Assembly (NCBI RefSeq): GCF_018977255.1
Contig: NW_024704743.1
Coordinates: 106,952,001 to 107,016,000 of the forward strand
Length of the DNA: 64,000 bases
Source: Callorhinchus milii
Taxonomy: Eukaryota
Direction of reading: 5' to 3'
Of the stretch, positions 39,111 through 53,842 are shown in pieces. Position 1 is the stretch's first letter. Every line of letters begins with the position of its first letter. The notes beneath the pieces were generated by a model. It searched no databases, had not been told where the DNA came from, and saw only the letters and a program-made list of their open reading frames with translations. Both the position numbers and the translations under genes were made by a program.

Positions 39111-42100
39111 TGATGATCGAATATTATATTAATGATAAAGATCAGAAATCTGATCCTTAGTATTATAGTTCTGTTCGTTCTCATTGGGAAAACATTGAAA
39201 TCTAAATATAAAAAGTAGTATCTGGAGAGCTTTTTATGAGTAAAGAAACTATTCTAAAGCAACAGAGTATTACAAAAGGTGGATTCTAATTATTTTATTG
39301 GAATTATTTGCATGGGTAACAGCTAATGATAAGATGGTGGATGATAGATATCTTGACTTTCAGAGCAGTTGATGCCTCGTAAAAGATTTGTGGCTAAATC
39401 GGATGCTCTTGGGATAAAAGAGAATGTTGTTCATTGGCGAATGAATTGGCTACTAAACAAAGGTCGTGATCAATTGTGGATGTTCTCAATGATTAACTGT
39501 GGCCAGAGGCTACTGTGTCATTAATCCTAGAACCGCTTCTGTTGACAATATTCCCCAATGGTCTGAGAAGGTATTAATGGTGCAATCACTAAGTTTGATG
39601 ATCATGCAGGTTGTTCACAGGGAAGGGATCTATGTCAGAAATCTGGAGAGGTTTAGGAATTGGGCATTTAGGATAGAGAGATGTAATGTGTGAAGGCATT
39701 AGCAGTGGAGCACATGATTACAGGATAAAAGTCTCATCTTTATATACGATGAGTCAACAAGGAAATTGTTACCTCCCACCTAGACTTTTGAAACAGACCC
39801 CTTGCCGGTTTCTATAAACTCTATAATCTATAAACTCCAGTTCCTTCAAAATTCAGGCACCCACATCCTTATCTGCACCAAACTCTGCATATTCATCATC
39901 GATTGCTCGTCATACTCCACCATCTCCCTGTCTTCCAACAGATCGACTTCAAGGTCCTCAACCTCACTTATAAATCCCCTCACACAGTAACACCTCCCTA
40001 TCTCTCTGATGTTCTACCCCACTTCTCTGCTTGCTCCCTTCCCTCGGCTAATTCCGCTGCATATCCCCCACGCCCTCCATGCCATCATTGTTGTCCGAGC
40101 TTTCGGTTACTATGCCCCTAACCTCTGGAACTCTTCCCGTCAATTTTTTTTTACAAATTGAGGGTTCAAGTCCTTTTCAAAAATGAAAGGAATGTATAAG
40201 GTGGGTGTACAGAGAGATATTGTGTAAAATCAGGATAGGAGAACTAGAAGATGTAATTAAAACCCCTGAACTAAATGTAAGATGAAGCAACTTTTTTTGC
40301 ATCGTTTTATGGAATAGAATAGAATGCATAAATAATGAAGCATAACAAGGGAACTGGATCGATTCCTGAGAAGGACATGGGTTTGGAATAGACAAATGAT
40401 TAAAAAAAAATGTGTTCAGACTGGGTGGATTTTGATAAGAACTTGGAATGACATGGTGCACTGAATGACTGACTGCTTTTCACTCCTTTATTTTCATGCT
40501 CTCATCTATCATACTGAGATACAGATGTACATAAATTCTGTTACATAACTGTTGCCAGATATTAAGAGAATATGGTGATTTGAGGCTTGGCACGTAGTTT
40601 CAGGTCAGGAGTCTATGCATAGTTCCTAGATTCAGCAATGTACAGCTTCTGTAAAGTAAGATGCCTACTATTAATTTAGGATGTGCTGTGAATAAAACAA
40701 GAGTAGTTGATTCAAGTTACCTTGATGAACGATGGTGCTTGCCTGCACAAGCCTGATTATGTGTGTAAATGAAATTCCTTCCAGCCCGGCATGTGATCTG
40801 GGCAGCCCAGATAATAAAATCCTGTGCCTCAGTAGATTGATTATTTCCCAACTGCATCCTGCTTTCCATATAAATGTGGTTTCAAAAAGAGAGGAAGCCA
40901 GCAAGGTGGAAGTTAGATGAACACAAATTATAATGGTAAGAATCTATTTCAGATTTAGAATCTCCAAATCTGTAACTATGCTTCAATTAATTCCACATTG
41001 TTCTTTATTGTCTTCTAGATCTCCAAGCAAAAAAAAAAGATGACTTGCTCCAAAACTTTGGCCAACTGGTAAGAAATGCACAATCATTTATGGTCAGTTG
41101 TTTTCAGATTTACTTCCTCTGGGAGGACTGTCCTGATGTGATGGATGTGCCTTGAAGACCTATCTCTTCAACTGCATCTATGCTCGCCTCTCCCTCCTCC
41201 GTTGCTCGGCGCTCAACCCCACCATCATACAGCACTCCAAGGCGCTATCAAAGCAATTTCATCAAAACAGTAGAAACACTGGTGTAAACATGTAGAAAAT
41301 GGAGAAAAAAATACATCAGTGTAATCCAGTCCTGGTTTGTTTCTGCCTCTTTGACTGAGATGATCCGGGAATTTAAAAGTGTCACTTTATAAAAGATCAA
41401 ACAGCTAACAAACTAATTTTATTAGTGTACTTAGCTTAACTTGTGAGACACTATATTTCTAAATGTTTACTCAGGGTATTTGAGAAATGTAGAAAAGGTC
41501 ATGATGGCAAAGCCACATTTGTTCAGGGTTACAGTATACCCTGTGAAGCGCTTTGAGATGCCTTCCTGATTTGAAAGGCACTACTCCAAATGTAAAGATT
41601 ATTATAGGGTTATTATCTAGAGATAGATAATCAAAGGAATCTCGTCTGGAATCAGACAAGCTGGCTAAACTAGCTGACGGTTTACTTCAGAAATTGTTAT
41701 TGTGTATTCTTTTACAATCATAGTTGTGCTTTAATCTTTTAATATTTGTGTTTTAATGCTCTTGCCAGTTTGGTTTAAGATGATTTAGTTTTTTCCTCCT
41801 TTTTATTCATGGCTGACGTCCAGATTTATTTATTTTCCACTCTGAATGTTTTTGCGCTTGCACTGAAATTAGAAAAGAGCAATATTTACACAAGTCAATG
41901 CGTTGCCTTGTAATGGGTGTAACGAGATGAACTGCAAAGACCTTCTATATACACATAGTGCTCTAAGGGAATCAAACAGTTCAGACCTCACAGGGTGTGA
42001 GAAAATGTGAGAAAAACATAATAACTACTGTGAGACAGAAAGGATTACATTTTTCCTCCTCCAAAAACTTTTCTATTAAATATGTAGCAGGCAGGAAATC

Positions 42101-42471
42101 AGAACTGACAAACTCTCCACAGCACACAATTTACACATTCACTCAAGTGATCACTAATTGCAGTCTGTTTGACAATCAGAATGACAATGAAAAATGATGA
42201 AAGCCTGAATAAACTTGGGATATATTCCCCAGATCCGAGGAGGTTAAGGAGTGATCTGATAAAGGAAATGATCTGACTGAGGTGTTTGACATAATAAAGG
42301 GGAATGTACATGGGAATCCAAAACAAGGCCACATAATCGTAAAATTCTATGGAGGATGGTTAAAAGGGAATCCAGAAAAATATTTCTCAGTACTTATTTT
42401 GAGGTTTCAGTATACAATTGCATATCAGAAGGGTTGAGGGAAAGCTTCTGTCTGGTGGAGCCCAGCAAAAC

Positions 42472-42808
42472 CTGTTGTGTATTGGTTAGAACACTCGCCT
42501 TGCAAACGAGAGGACCTGGGTTCAATTCCCGGGCAGGGCGAAACCTTGAGCTAGTTTCCTTACTCCACATGCTTTTGTTTATCTAGCAATAAGTAGGAAC
42601 CTGGTTGTTAGTCAATTGGCAGATCGCTTCCTGTGGGTAATAATCCTTTAAAAATATATTGGTCATTCAATCCACAACTGTTTGTGGGACACTGTGCAAT
42701 TGGCTGCCGCGTTTCATGCACAAAATATAGCCTTTTTATATACTTTACAATCTATTCTGTGAAGCGCTTTGAGACATCTTGACAAAGTAATAAGGCACTA
42801 TATCAAAT
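42472..42808 (+). mobile_element. tRNA-derived SINE (long subfamily)
   Basis: Head, long body and tail all present. Confidence 0.88.
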
Positions 42809-43620
42809 GCAAGAATTATTATCATTATTGTTAATGTACCACAGTATTATATCTGTCCCCATAGCAGGAATGGACTCAGAAGAAGAAAGTAAAGCAAACA
42901 GGGCCACATTCTCACTTTTGGCCTCGTGAACCTCAATAGTTGGTGTTACTGACTACAGAATGGTGCATTTCAGCATAATTATTATGTGAGGATTTTTGTT
43001 CTAATTGTTGAAGGAGTACTTTTGTGCGACTAAAACTTGCCTGACAAAATCAAGGGATTGCGCTGGAAGTCCAGCATTGCTTAGATGATATCACTAGCAT
43101 TGCTAAGCCAGAAGTTCTGCCCATTCATGTGGACATTAAAGATACTGTGGCCCTATTCGAAAAGAGAGTTTCTCCCGATATCTGCAATCAAAATTGATCG
43201 TTCATTTCATAGCTGTTTGTGGAACATTGCTGTGTGCAAATTGTTTCCTTGTTCACCTACAAAATACACTTTGAATTGAATTACCTTACTTCATTCAGTA
43301 GTAGAATCCGTACACAATTCCTTTTGCAATTAAACCTGTGGCACAGAGAGCTAGTCATTGGCCATTCTGGCAGAAATAATCTGAAATCTCACTTCACAAA
43401 AATTATAAAATCTCTAAAATCCGATATACAGCACACCTAATGTACTCTATAAAAAAGCAATTAACTTGTTCCCAGGAATGATTTGCACAACAAATGTCAC
43501 AGTAATGAATTGCCACATTTAATAAGTAGGTCAGTGTGACATTCAAAACCCAATACTTTCCCACTAACTATATGACCAAGTTGGGTGGTACTGTACTTGT
43601 TTGCTAATGCAGTAGTTTAT

Positions 43621-43858
43621 AGGCCCAAAATTGCATCTGGTCTTAGCTTGTAAGACCATGTTATCGTAAAATTTAAGACCACACAGAATTGTGAAAAGTT
43701 CTTAAATTCAGTGTTAATGTGGAATCTGGTTTCTTTCCAAGAACACCTGACGGCTTCCACATTAAGACCGAATTTAAGATTTTTTCACAATTCTGCTTAA
43801 TCATAAAAGTTATGACAAAATGATCTTATAGACTAAGACTGGATAACACTTTGGGCCT
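43621..43858. mobile_element. Palindromic MITE-like element
   Basis: Termini AGGCCCAAA...TTTGGGCCT. Inner arms 43684-43724 and 43755-43795 pair at 37 of 41 positions. Confidence 0.8.
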
Positions 43859-44091
43859 CATGAGTCTAATGTGGAAAATAAATTCCTAAACTTATACTTT
43901 TATATAGAATACACAACATTCCAGCATCTTCATTATTATGGCAAGGTAACATTATAAGATTTCTTTCTGACTTTCTGTAGTCCTAGCTGCCATGAACTTT
44001 ACAATATAAATATATTGCTTATTTACATGTATGTTCATGCAATTTTTCACAGTTCTGCTACTGATACTTCATACAATTGAAAATGTTTTTG

Positions 44092-44361
44092 AAAATTATT
44101 TAAGGTAATTGGCAAAAGAACAAGAGGGGAGATGAAGAGATTTTTTTTTGCACAGTGAGTTGTTACGATGTGGAATGCACTACCTGAAAGGGTGGTGGAA
44201 GCAGATTCAATATATACTTGAAGTTGCAAGGCTGTGGGGAAAGAGCGGGGGAGTGGAACTAGTTGGATAGCTCTTGCAAAGAGCAGGCACAGGCACGATG
44301 GGCTGAATGGCCTCTTTCTGTGCTGTAGGATTTTATGATTCTAGGATTTTATGATTCTATG
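44092..44361 (+). mobile_element. CR1 LINE 3' end
   Basis: FFAQ.VV..WNALPERVVEA remnant, GGGCTGAATGGCC hairpin region and ATTCTA-type tail repeats. Confidence 0.85.
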
Positions 44362-46569
44362 TTACAGCTCTTTGAAAATCACCTTTTTAAATCCACTACA
44401 TGCAAAGGTCTGCACAACCAGATCTGAATTGCCTGTGCCACACCTCCCATTCAAGGAGCAATTGAATGAATATCCATAAATTCACAGGTCTTGGTGGATT
44501 AATCTCCACCAATCTGTAGATTGATGGATTTTGGTGATAAGAGTATACACCTAGGATTTTCACACTGCCAAGGTCTGTCCAATTACTAGTTCACAAAAAA
44601 TCATCCCATCAAATAACTTATAAGAAGTCTTACTCCCCTCTATGTATCACTCTGTAACGCAATAAAAGCACCGAAGTGTAATTGTAAGCAAATGCGGCCA
44701 TCAATTTATGCACAGCAACATCCTACAAACAGTCATGTAGAGAGGGCCAATTTTATTTGGGTTGTTGGCCAGAGTACTAGGAGAATTTTGCTTCTTTTTT
44801 CAAACAGTCATGGGATCTTTAACATTCGATCTGAAGGAATTCACTTCTAATCAAGCAGTACACTCCCAGCACTGCATTGGAGTGTCAGCCTAGACAGCTT
44901 TCAAACTTCCAGTGGATATGAGGTGGCTGAGTAAGGCTTAAGCTCCCCTTGGGAACAATACTATTCTGAAGCATTTGCTAGAGATAAACCAGGAATCGAT
45001 ACTCCAGCACAAGATTTCAACTGTTAACTGCAAAAGAGATGATTTTCTTCATGAGAACAAAAAGGCCAGAAATAATTATAATTTCCGTGATTTAAATAAT
45101 ATTCAAATATGTTAAATGAAACACTGCACAATTGCACTGCTAGGTTATTTTAGTTACAAGGAACATTCAGAACTCACTGGTGCCGTTTCTTGTTATGCAT
45201 GAGTTATAAAGTTTTCACATTGCAAAATGAAATTAGCAATTTACAAATTCCTGACCTGCGATTTTCTGCAACGCTGCATTGCATTAACATGCGTGATTGC
45301 TAATAAAGTATAATTGCCTTTCATAATTTAGATTTGTAGATTTAAATTTATATGTGCTTCTTAGCACATTCTTATCTACAAGAGTTCTGTTCACTGTGAC
45401 TGTCATATGACTTTCATATGTGACTAAAAGCAGCTGATCACAGCCTCCACTGCAGACTGTAATCTTGTCAAAGAGTTTGTTTATTTTACCCTTGTTTTGC
45501 AGGCTAAAAGCCACATTCCATCTTACTTTTTTTTATTATTTTTTAGTATCTGGAACAAATCGAGTTAAATCCTCTTTAGGACCATCCCTTGAACATTGCA
45601 TTAATAGATGAATAGCTTGGCTTTGTGTTTGACCTGCTCATAGAAAGAACATATGAACGATCAATGAGAACCAGACACTATTGGGTTGTTTGGTAAACGT
45701 CTGCCGTTTGTTCATCGCTCATTATGGAGTTCATTTGAGTCCAGAATATTTTGTTACATATATAATAAGTTCATTAGAAAATATTCATTTAAAACTATTG
45801 GCATTGATGGCTAGAAAAATTTTCGTCCAAAAATATTTGAAAGGATTTCTCATAATCTGTGACAGTTTTCCTCTATTTTACTTGTTGAACTGGAGGATTG
45901 CATCAAAGATAAAATAAGAGCATAAACTCTCACTAAATAATGCAGCTGAGATTTTTATTTTGGGATTTTGCACAAATATGTAGATTTTCCTACATGTGAG
46001 AGAGGCTGTTTTTCATTATGTTTCTTCACTAACTTTGCACAGTACCTCAGTGTCTGTGAAAGCATTGCTCTGTTACGAAATGTACCACTCTGCAATTTTA
46101 AATTGCGACCACATGGGTTTAATGGATTCCAGCTCAGAAAACTGGATGAACAGAATGGTTTGTGAGTGTGGTTGCTTATTCAGACTTATTAGTGTTTTTG
46201 GACCACAAGATATCCACTGCATACATTTGGGTTTCAGCCCAATCTAGCAATTATAAACTGTTGAGCTATAAAACTCTCTGGAGTTCACTTTACTCATTTC
46301 CAAGAAGTTTAAATCTAATGGCAATCGAAGCTTCTCTAATGGCCTTGTGCCCACTGCAGGAGAAGGTGGTATAAGCCAGAAAGTCGCTGGTTCAAATCCT
46401 GATCTATTCTGAGTTAGCTGATCTCAACTAGGGCAGCAATTCAAATGTCAGATCAGGGATTCTTCCCACTCGGCTCCTGCTAACCGTGCAAGCCAAGCTC
46501 TAATAGATAGGATGGTTCTATCTGGACAAGCAGTGGAATGCTTGCCAGAAGGTGCTCTCAAATGGAGTT

Positions 46570-46812
46570 ATCCTCCAGGAGTTACTCCAATGCACATCTG
46601 GGGTCTCCAACCCTTGGCTTTTGCCAACCTGTGCTTGATACTCCTGGGGTTAGGTAAACACGGTGCGACTCTCGAGGGAGAGAGTGTGCATTTCAGATGC
46701 AGGGAAATTTCCATGTGTCATACATATGTGGAACTTTCAATCTAGTTTGGATACTATTAAGCTTGGTGTTAGGTTTCTGTATATGTCAGACACCTGGCTG
46801 ACCAGAAAAAAG
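46570..46812 (+). repeat. Unclassified ~260-bp interspersed repeat, copy 3
   Basis: Aligns with copies 1 and 2. Confidence 0.75.
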
Positions 46813-47291
46813 TTATTTCATTCAGTGGTTCGGTTGAAGTCCTAAAGTGTGAGAATAAAACCATAGTAATTTCACATCAGCGGTGGCCAGGGATTGAATT
46901 ACTGCCATGGCCACACTTCCAGATGCTTGTTAGTTTTTTATGTATATATTATATATGTTTCTAATTACATGCAGTTTTACTTTATTGCAGTAGTCAAGCT
47001 GAGCACAATGGAAACAGTATGAGAAAGATTACAGGGTAATGATGATGGAAGTAGTGTATTAGCTGAAGGTTTATGTCATTCTTTTTCCTTTATAATTTTG
47101 GTGATTTTGCTTCTCTTCATAGTGAGGGTTGTCAGTGCATTTGGGGCACCCATTGTCCACATGAAACATGCAGTACATTGGTCAGGTATATCGCAGGTTA
47201 GATACAAAGAAGAGGTCTACCCACTCTGCCCAAACCTCAGAAAAGCACCACCTCCTGTAACCAATGTAATATTGATTCATGTAGCATTGTA

Positions 47292-47668
47292 GTGGAATCT
47301 TGTAGTTCAGTGGCAAGAGCACTCACCTTGCAATTGAGAGACCAGTGTTCAATTCCCGGCAGAGCGAAACGTTGGGAAAGTTTCCTTACTCCACACGTCT
47401 GTTTACCTAGCAGTAAGTAAGAATCCGGTTGTTAGTCGATTGGCAGATCACTTTTCTAGGGGTAATAATTCCTTCAAAAAAAATAATAATACTAAATTGG
47501 CAACTCAATCCGTGACTGTTTGTGGAACACTGCTGAGCACAATTGGCTTCCGTGTTTTGCCCACAAAACATACAGTCAATTCACTTTACAGTATATTCTG
47601 TGAAGTGCTTTGAGACATCTCGAAGACATGGTAAGGCGCTATATCAAATACAAGGACTATTATTATTA
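47292..47668 (+). mobile_element. tRNA-derived SINE (long subfamily), full length
   Basis: All modules present. Confidence 0.92.
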
Positions 47669-47755
47669 TGTACCAGCCAATTTAAGCACAACAATGTTAG
47701 TTTACATAGAATTACATTGAATGGACAGCAAGGAAACAGGCCATTCAGCCCAACT

Positions 47756-48066
47756 TGTGGAGTCCTGTAGCTCAGTGGTTAGAGCACTCGCTTTGCAAGC
47801 GAGAGACCTGAGTTCAATTCCAGGCAGGGCGAAACCTTGGGCAAGTTTCCTTACTCCACACGCCTAATAATAATCCCTCCAAAAACCCAAAACAATAATA
47901 AATTGGTCATTTTCAATCTACGACTGTTTGTGGGACATTGCTGTGCGCAATTGGCTGCCGCGTTCGCCCACAAATATACAGTCAATTCACTTTGCAGTAT
48001 GTTCTGTGAAGCGCTTTGGGACGTCCTCCCGACGTGAAAAGCGCTATATCAAATGCAAGGATTATT
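47756..48066 (+). mobile_element. tRNA-derived SINE (short subfamily), TSD AACT, inside an antisense CR1 tail
   Basis: AACT at 47752-47755 and 48067-48070. Confidence 0.95.
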
Positions 48067-48728
48067 AACTAGACTGTGCTTGTGTTTTTACCTCACATGA
48101 GTCTCCACCCACAGTTTACTCCTTCCCATCTATTCATGTCTTCCTCATGTGTATATCTAGTTAGTACAGAGCACTGTGATTCCCTTCCTCCTCCCCATTC
48201 GTTTCAATGTGATCCCAGGAGCAAGATAATATTATCAATAATAATAACAAATACAAGGATTAATTAATTAATGCCAGTCACCCTGTGGCTTCTCAGTGAG
48301 ATTGCCAATTTTGTGAGGGCAGTTTTAAGGGCAGTTTTGTGAATCCATGTCTGCTAGGAACTAGGTTGACATTTATTCTAATTTATTCCATATAGAAACC
48401 CACAGCCAACAAATACAAGAGATATCTGTCCCAACAAGCAGGGCTGGTTTCAAGTTTATATAAGTTTATTTCATAATAATACAGTAATTATTATTTAAAT
48501 TGAGCCTTTTTTGACATAAATTACATAAACTCAAGATTATCATCAGAAACATAGAAGGAAGGTTAGCATTATTGTTGCCTAAAATGTTTCAGGATAAAGT
48601 GCACATCACCAGAAGTGATAATTGAAACTGAGTCAATTGCAACATTTAAAAGGGAATTAGTTTAAGAAAAATAATGAAAGAACAGTTACATAAAATAAAC
48701 TATTGTGGACTGTTTGAGGTATAAACCA

Positions 48729-49055
48729 GTGGAGTCCTGTAGCTCAGTGGTTAGAGCACTCGCTTTGCAAGTGAGAGACCTGAGTTCAATTCCAGGCAGA
48801 GGGCGAAACCTTGGGCAAGTTTCCTTACTCCACACAGAGCCTAATAATAATCCCTCCAAAACCAAAAACAATAATAAATTGGTCATTTTCAATCTACGAC
48901 TGTTTGTGGGACATTGCTGTGCGCAATTGGCTGCCGTGTTCGCCCACAAATATACAGTCAATTCACTTTACAGTGTGTTCTGTGAAGCGCTTTGGGACAT
49001 CCTCCCGACGTGAAAAGCGCTATATCAAATGCAAGGATTATAGGATTATTTATTA
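48729..49055 (+). mobile_element. tRNA-derived SINE (short subfamily), TSD TATAAAC, inside a CR1 3' end
   Basis: TATAAAC at 48720-48726 and 49056-49062. The CR1 tail resumes with GGCTGAATGGCC. Confidence 0.95.
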
Positions 49056-49257
49056 TATAAACACTGGTACTGACTAGTTAGGCTGAATGGCCTATTTCAA
49101 TGATGTCCAAATTCTTTAATTCTATGGAAAATTTACAGTTAAAAAGCAGGGATCCAACTAAATACTATAGCTCAAAGGGGGAAGCTAACACTAGGGCAGG
49201 CATAATGAGCCAAAGGGTTTGCTTCTGTGCTGAAAATGCTATAATATTACAGGCCAC

Positions 49258-49725
49258 CTAGGAAAACAGGAGCAGGAGTAAACCATCCAGCATTTCAAGC
49301 CTATTCCACCCGATTTTTAGATCTTCACAGGTTTTTTAATCCAATTGCCTTTCCCTATTCACCATTTCCCTGAATACCTCTGCTATCCAAGTATCTAGTT
49401 ATCTCTCTTTAAAAATATCTTTATGTATTCTGCCTCTACAGTTCCTGGGGCAGAGCATTCCACATCTTCACAACCCTCTATGTGAAGAAATAACTCCTGA
49501 CCTCAATCCTAACTGTCTTTGTTCAGATTTTAAGATTATGTACCCTTATAATTGATCCCTCTATCAGAAACAAGAGACATTCATAATCTAACCTGTCAAT
49601 TCCTTTCATTATTTTAAGATTCTCAATCAAATGACACCTTAAACTATTCTGCTGTTGAAGAATATAGCCTGAGTCTATCCAGCTTTTCATTATAGCTAAA
49701 CCACTTCTAACCAGGTATTAATCTA
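49258..49725 (-). mobile_element. Degraded CR1 3' fragment
   Basis: AACAGGAGCAGGAGTA..CCAT tail (reverse) and CATTCCAC..CACAACCCTCT..GTGAAGAAA. Confidence 0.7.
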
Positions 49726-51713
49726 GGCTAGTTTAATTTGGGTATTATTAAAAGAGAGAGGATAGAAAAAAGAGCAGGTGTCTTATGAATTTCTCTGAGG
49801 TCATTGCTGGGAGCAAAGAAAGGCTTGGAAAAATTGCTACAGTGTCAGTGAACCCACTTTTTGACACAGTTTAACAACAACAAGATTCCATTTATAGAGC
49901 GTCTTTCACGTCGGAAGGACGTCCCAATACAGCATAATACAGCATAAGTCCAAAGAAGTCTGGTTCAATAAGTGAGACCCAACTCTCCATATAAACCCCT
50001 GTGTACAACGGGCATAGCTCCAACTTCTAACGCTCTTGTTCCAGTTACATGCCGAGTAATAGGGAACTGCATTTAAAATATTGCTTCCTGCTTGTGTTGG
50101 CCAGGTTATAAATGGGAACTCTCAAGTTCACTCCATAATCAAACAATCAAACAGGTGATCAACACGTACTGAGATGCAACTAAGGCTGATGTGATGCTGA
50201 ATACTGCAAAGTAGTCACTTTGGATCTGGGTCATATGTGGTGTGCAAATCCTCAAACATGCACAGTGCTGGTTCAATCTTTGAAGGTCATGAGATTACAT
50301 ACCTTATCAGCCTTAGGAGGAGCTTCAGACTCCTCTCTATAGTTACAATGCACTTTATGCCAAGATCCTGTACACTGTATGCAATTTATGCCTGTTTGCA
50401 GAACCTTGGGATGTCCTCCCAGTGTCAGCCCTGAACCTAACCCTAATGTGACGCATCTCAGTGAAACTTTCAGACCAGATTAAATCCATACAAATACAAC
50501 AACAATAACTTGCATTTATATAGCTCACTTCACGCAGGGTGGCATCCTGGAGCTCTTGTTAGAAAATAGAAATATACTAGCCAACAGAAATTATACTACC
50601 AATAACAAGATGATTAGATTTAGCTGTATCTTGTGTATATGTTAGCAGAATGACTGTCTAAACTGCAGAGAAGTGAAGATGCATCCAATTTCAATCCATT
50701 GCCAAATTCAGTAGGGTTCAGTAGGTGTGAAATGTATTTTACACTACATACAATAGAGGTTTTGTAATGCTATTTTCTGGCCAGAATCTAATTATTTATT
50801 ATTTTTTCATCCTCTTTTGAATGTAGATTGCCTTGCCAAGAAGTGGTGTTGAAGCCAAGACCATTACATTTAAAAAAAAGGAATTGGATAAGTATTGGAA
50901 GAGAAACGACACACTGGGGACAGAACGGAGAATTGGGATTAGGACATGTAGCACCAATAGAGGAGCTAGCACTAGTATAGGCCTTAATAGCCTCCTTCTG
51001 TGCTGTAATTTCCATGATTTATTTGGTATGCTCAGTGCCAGCAAACAACAAAAAAAATTACATTTATAGAGCGTCTTTCACGTCGGGAGGACGTCTCGAG
51101 GTGCAGTGCCCCATGGATCTCTGGAAGGAATCTATTTATTGTACTAGACAGCAAAGACAATGGCTTCCAGGTGTAATGGATACCAGCTCTGAGTTTCCAT
51201 GTTATAAAACAACAGACCTTTGTTGCAAGCAGTGACATTTTTCAATGGAAATGCTGCCGGAAATCATGATCATAAGCTTTATGTGTTTTTAAAAATCAAC
51301 ATTTCAGATTTTTCCTGGAAGAAGCTTCTGTCATTGGCAGATGGGACCATTGGCAGTTGGCACACCCACAAACCTAATGACCGAGCAACACCAGCTGCAT
51401 CTGTGTTTGATGTTATAGTATCTCCCTCCAGCAGGTCAGAGCCAGGAATAAAATAGCGAATTTAGGTTGGCATCAATGTATTGACCTGGTGTCAAATTGA
51501 ATGTTAAATAAGACTGAACTCATTGAGCTGTTAGTGCTTAACAGCATTCAGACTCCATGCATCTGCTTTTCCTTTCATTTATCTGCTAAAATATTGCTCT
51601 AGTCTGATAACTGGTTACTATCTAGTTATTTTGAAAATAAAATGATTTGCTTATGGCTTGTTGACTTCATAATCAATGGTTACCTGCACAAAAGCACAGT
51701 TATTACACTTTTC

Positions 51714-52137
51714 ATGGAGTCCCATTGCGTAGTGGTTAACGCATTCATGCAAGCGAGAGGATCTGGATTTGATTCCAGGGCAGGGCAATACTTGAGGCAA
51801 TTGGATAATTCACACACCTCTGTTCAGCTAGCCGGAAGTAGGAACCTGATTGTTAGTTGAATGTCGGATCTTTTTCCGTGGATAATAATTCCTCAAAAAA
51901 CAATTTGGTCACTCAATCCACGAATGTCTGTGGGACACTGCTATGTGCAATTGGCTGCCGCATTTTGCCCACAAAATACACTATCAATCAATTCTTCAAT
52001 TGTAACAGTCTCAATGATGTGATAAGGGACTATATCGAATGCAAGGATTATTATTATTACTTTACAGTCAATCCTGTGAAGTGTTTTGTGATGTCTTCCA
52101 GACATGAAAGACACTGTATCAAATGTAATGATTATTT
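51714..52137 (+). mobile_element. Degraded long-subfamily SINE plus a second tail
   Basis: Head, long body and Deu block, followed by two tails. Confidence 0.8.
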
Positions 52138-53027
52138 ATAAAGTATTTTACTCAAGACTTTTTAGGCGCATTAGATAGTTTTGTAGATGATATAATCCAT
52201 AGGAAGGAATGTAACTCAGTGTTAGATTTTCAAAACACCTCCGTAAGGAGAATCAACTATTTTACATAAAAGAAGCACAGCACATCTGGCTTTACAAACA
52301 CTAACCCGCTTGAGGAATTAATTACCAGTAATGAAATTGTAGCTGCCACAGTAACCATAGCAAAGAGAAACTGCATGCACATTTACAAGGATTGACAGGG
52401 AGGGATGAAGCAAACTCAAATGGGCTTTTGTTAACCACTGTGTTCTATTTCACCTACAAAATACACAGTCATGCCACCTTACAGTGTACCCTGGGAAGCG
52501 CTTTGAGGTATCCTCCTGATGTGAAAGGCACTATATCAAATTCAAGGATTATTATTATTTAATTCCTGAAATTTGGAAAAGTAAAAATCAGGTGTGGTAG
52601 AATTAATTCCATCAAAAGTGACATAGTGCTCCTTAATCCTATCTGAGTGAATTGTTGAACTAAATAGTTGGATCGAATACTGGATAAGAATTAGGAAGCA
52701 GAAGGTGATGACAAACAGATAAAGGTCCACCTGCGGGGGGAGTGGGGGGTAGCGATGACAAGCAAATTTCTGCCATGTGCTGTGTACACCATTCATTACC
52801 GGCTCCTTTTATTACAGTACTGTAAAATTTACTGAAAATACAAATCTTTCTAGATAGATGAATCATCTAAGGAAGACAAACAACACACAATAAGATCTGG
52901 ACCAATTGAGTAGAAGAGTGAGAAGTGGATTTTAATGTAAACCAATGCAAGGTAATGAACAACAAACAGGAAAACCGTAAACTTGTTTACCAAATGAAGA
53001 GGTGTCCATCAGCAAAGATGGAGAAGG

Positions 53028-53842
53028 AACAACAACAACAACAAAATTACATTTATAGAGCACCTTTCACATTGGGAGGAAGTTCCAAAGCGCTGAACAA
53101 TCAGGTGATGGGACCTGAGCATGGGGAAGGGGTGGTGTAGGGGTAAGGGAAGGCAGAGAGGTGGGAGGGCGACCAAAGGCACGATCGAAGAGAAGGGTCT
53201 TGAGACCGGCTTTGAAGGAGGCAAGGGAGGAAGCGAGGTGAAGGGACCGTGGGATGGAGTTCCAGAGTGTGGGGGCAGAAAGGCTGAAAGCCCAGCCACC
53301 GATGGTAGGGCAGGCAGGGCGGGAGACATGGAGCAGGCTGGAGCCCAATGAACGCAGGGAGCGGGCAGGTTGGTAGGGAGTCAGCAGGTCAGAAAGGTAG
53401 GAGGGGGCAAAGCCATCGATGGTCTTAAAATTGAGGACGAGGATCTTGAACTCGATCCTCTGGGGAATGGAGAGCCAGCGGAGTCGGGCGAGGGTGGGAG
53501 TAATGGGGTCACGGAGCCTGGTGGTAGGCAGTGCCGGTGATGGCATGGATGTGGGGGAGAAAGGACAGTTCAGAGTCAAACAAGATACCCAGGTTCCTGA
53601 CTGGCTTAGTCAGGTTGAGCGTGCAGCTGTGGCGGCTGATGCTGCCAGTGCCCAAGGTGCGGAGGTGCTGGCTCGAGCCAATCAGGAGGGCCTCGGTCTT
53701 GCTGACGTTGAGTTGGAGAAAGTTGGCCCTCGTCCAGGACTTGATGTCAGACAGGCAGTCAGTCAGGACGCCAGTAGTCCTGGAGTTCAGGGTGGAGGCA
53801 GAGAGGTAGAGTTGGGTGTCATCCGCATACATGTGAAGAAGG
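53028..53842 (-). mobile_element. L2 LINE 3' portion with RT YADD motif, internally deleted
   Basis: [29 protein letters not shown], then IEFKILVL..LKTLLFDRAF, and a (CAA)n tail. Confidence 0.92.
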
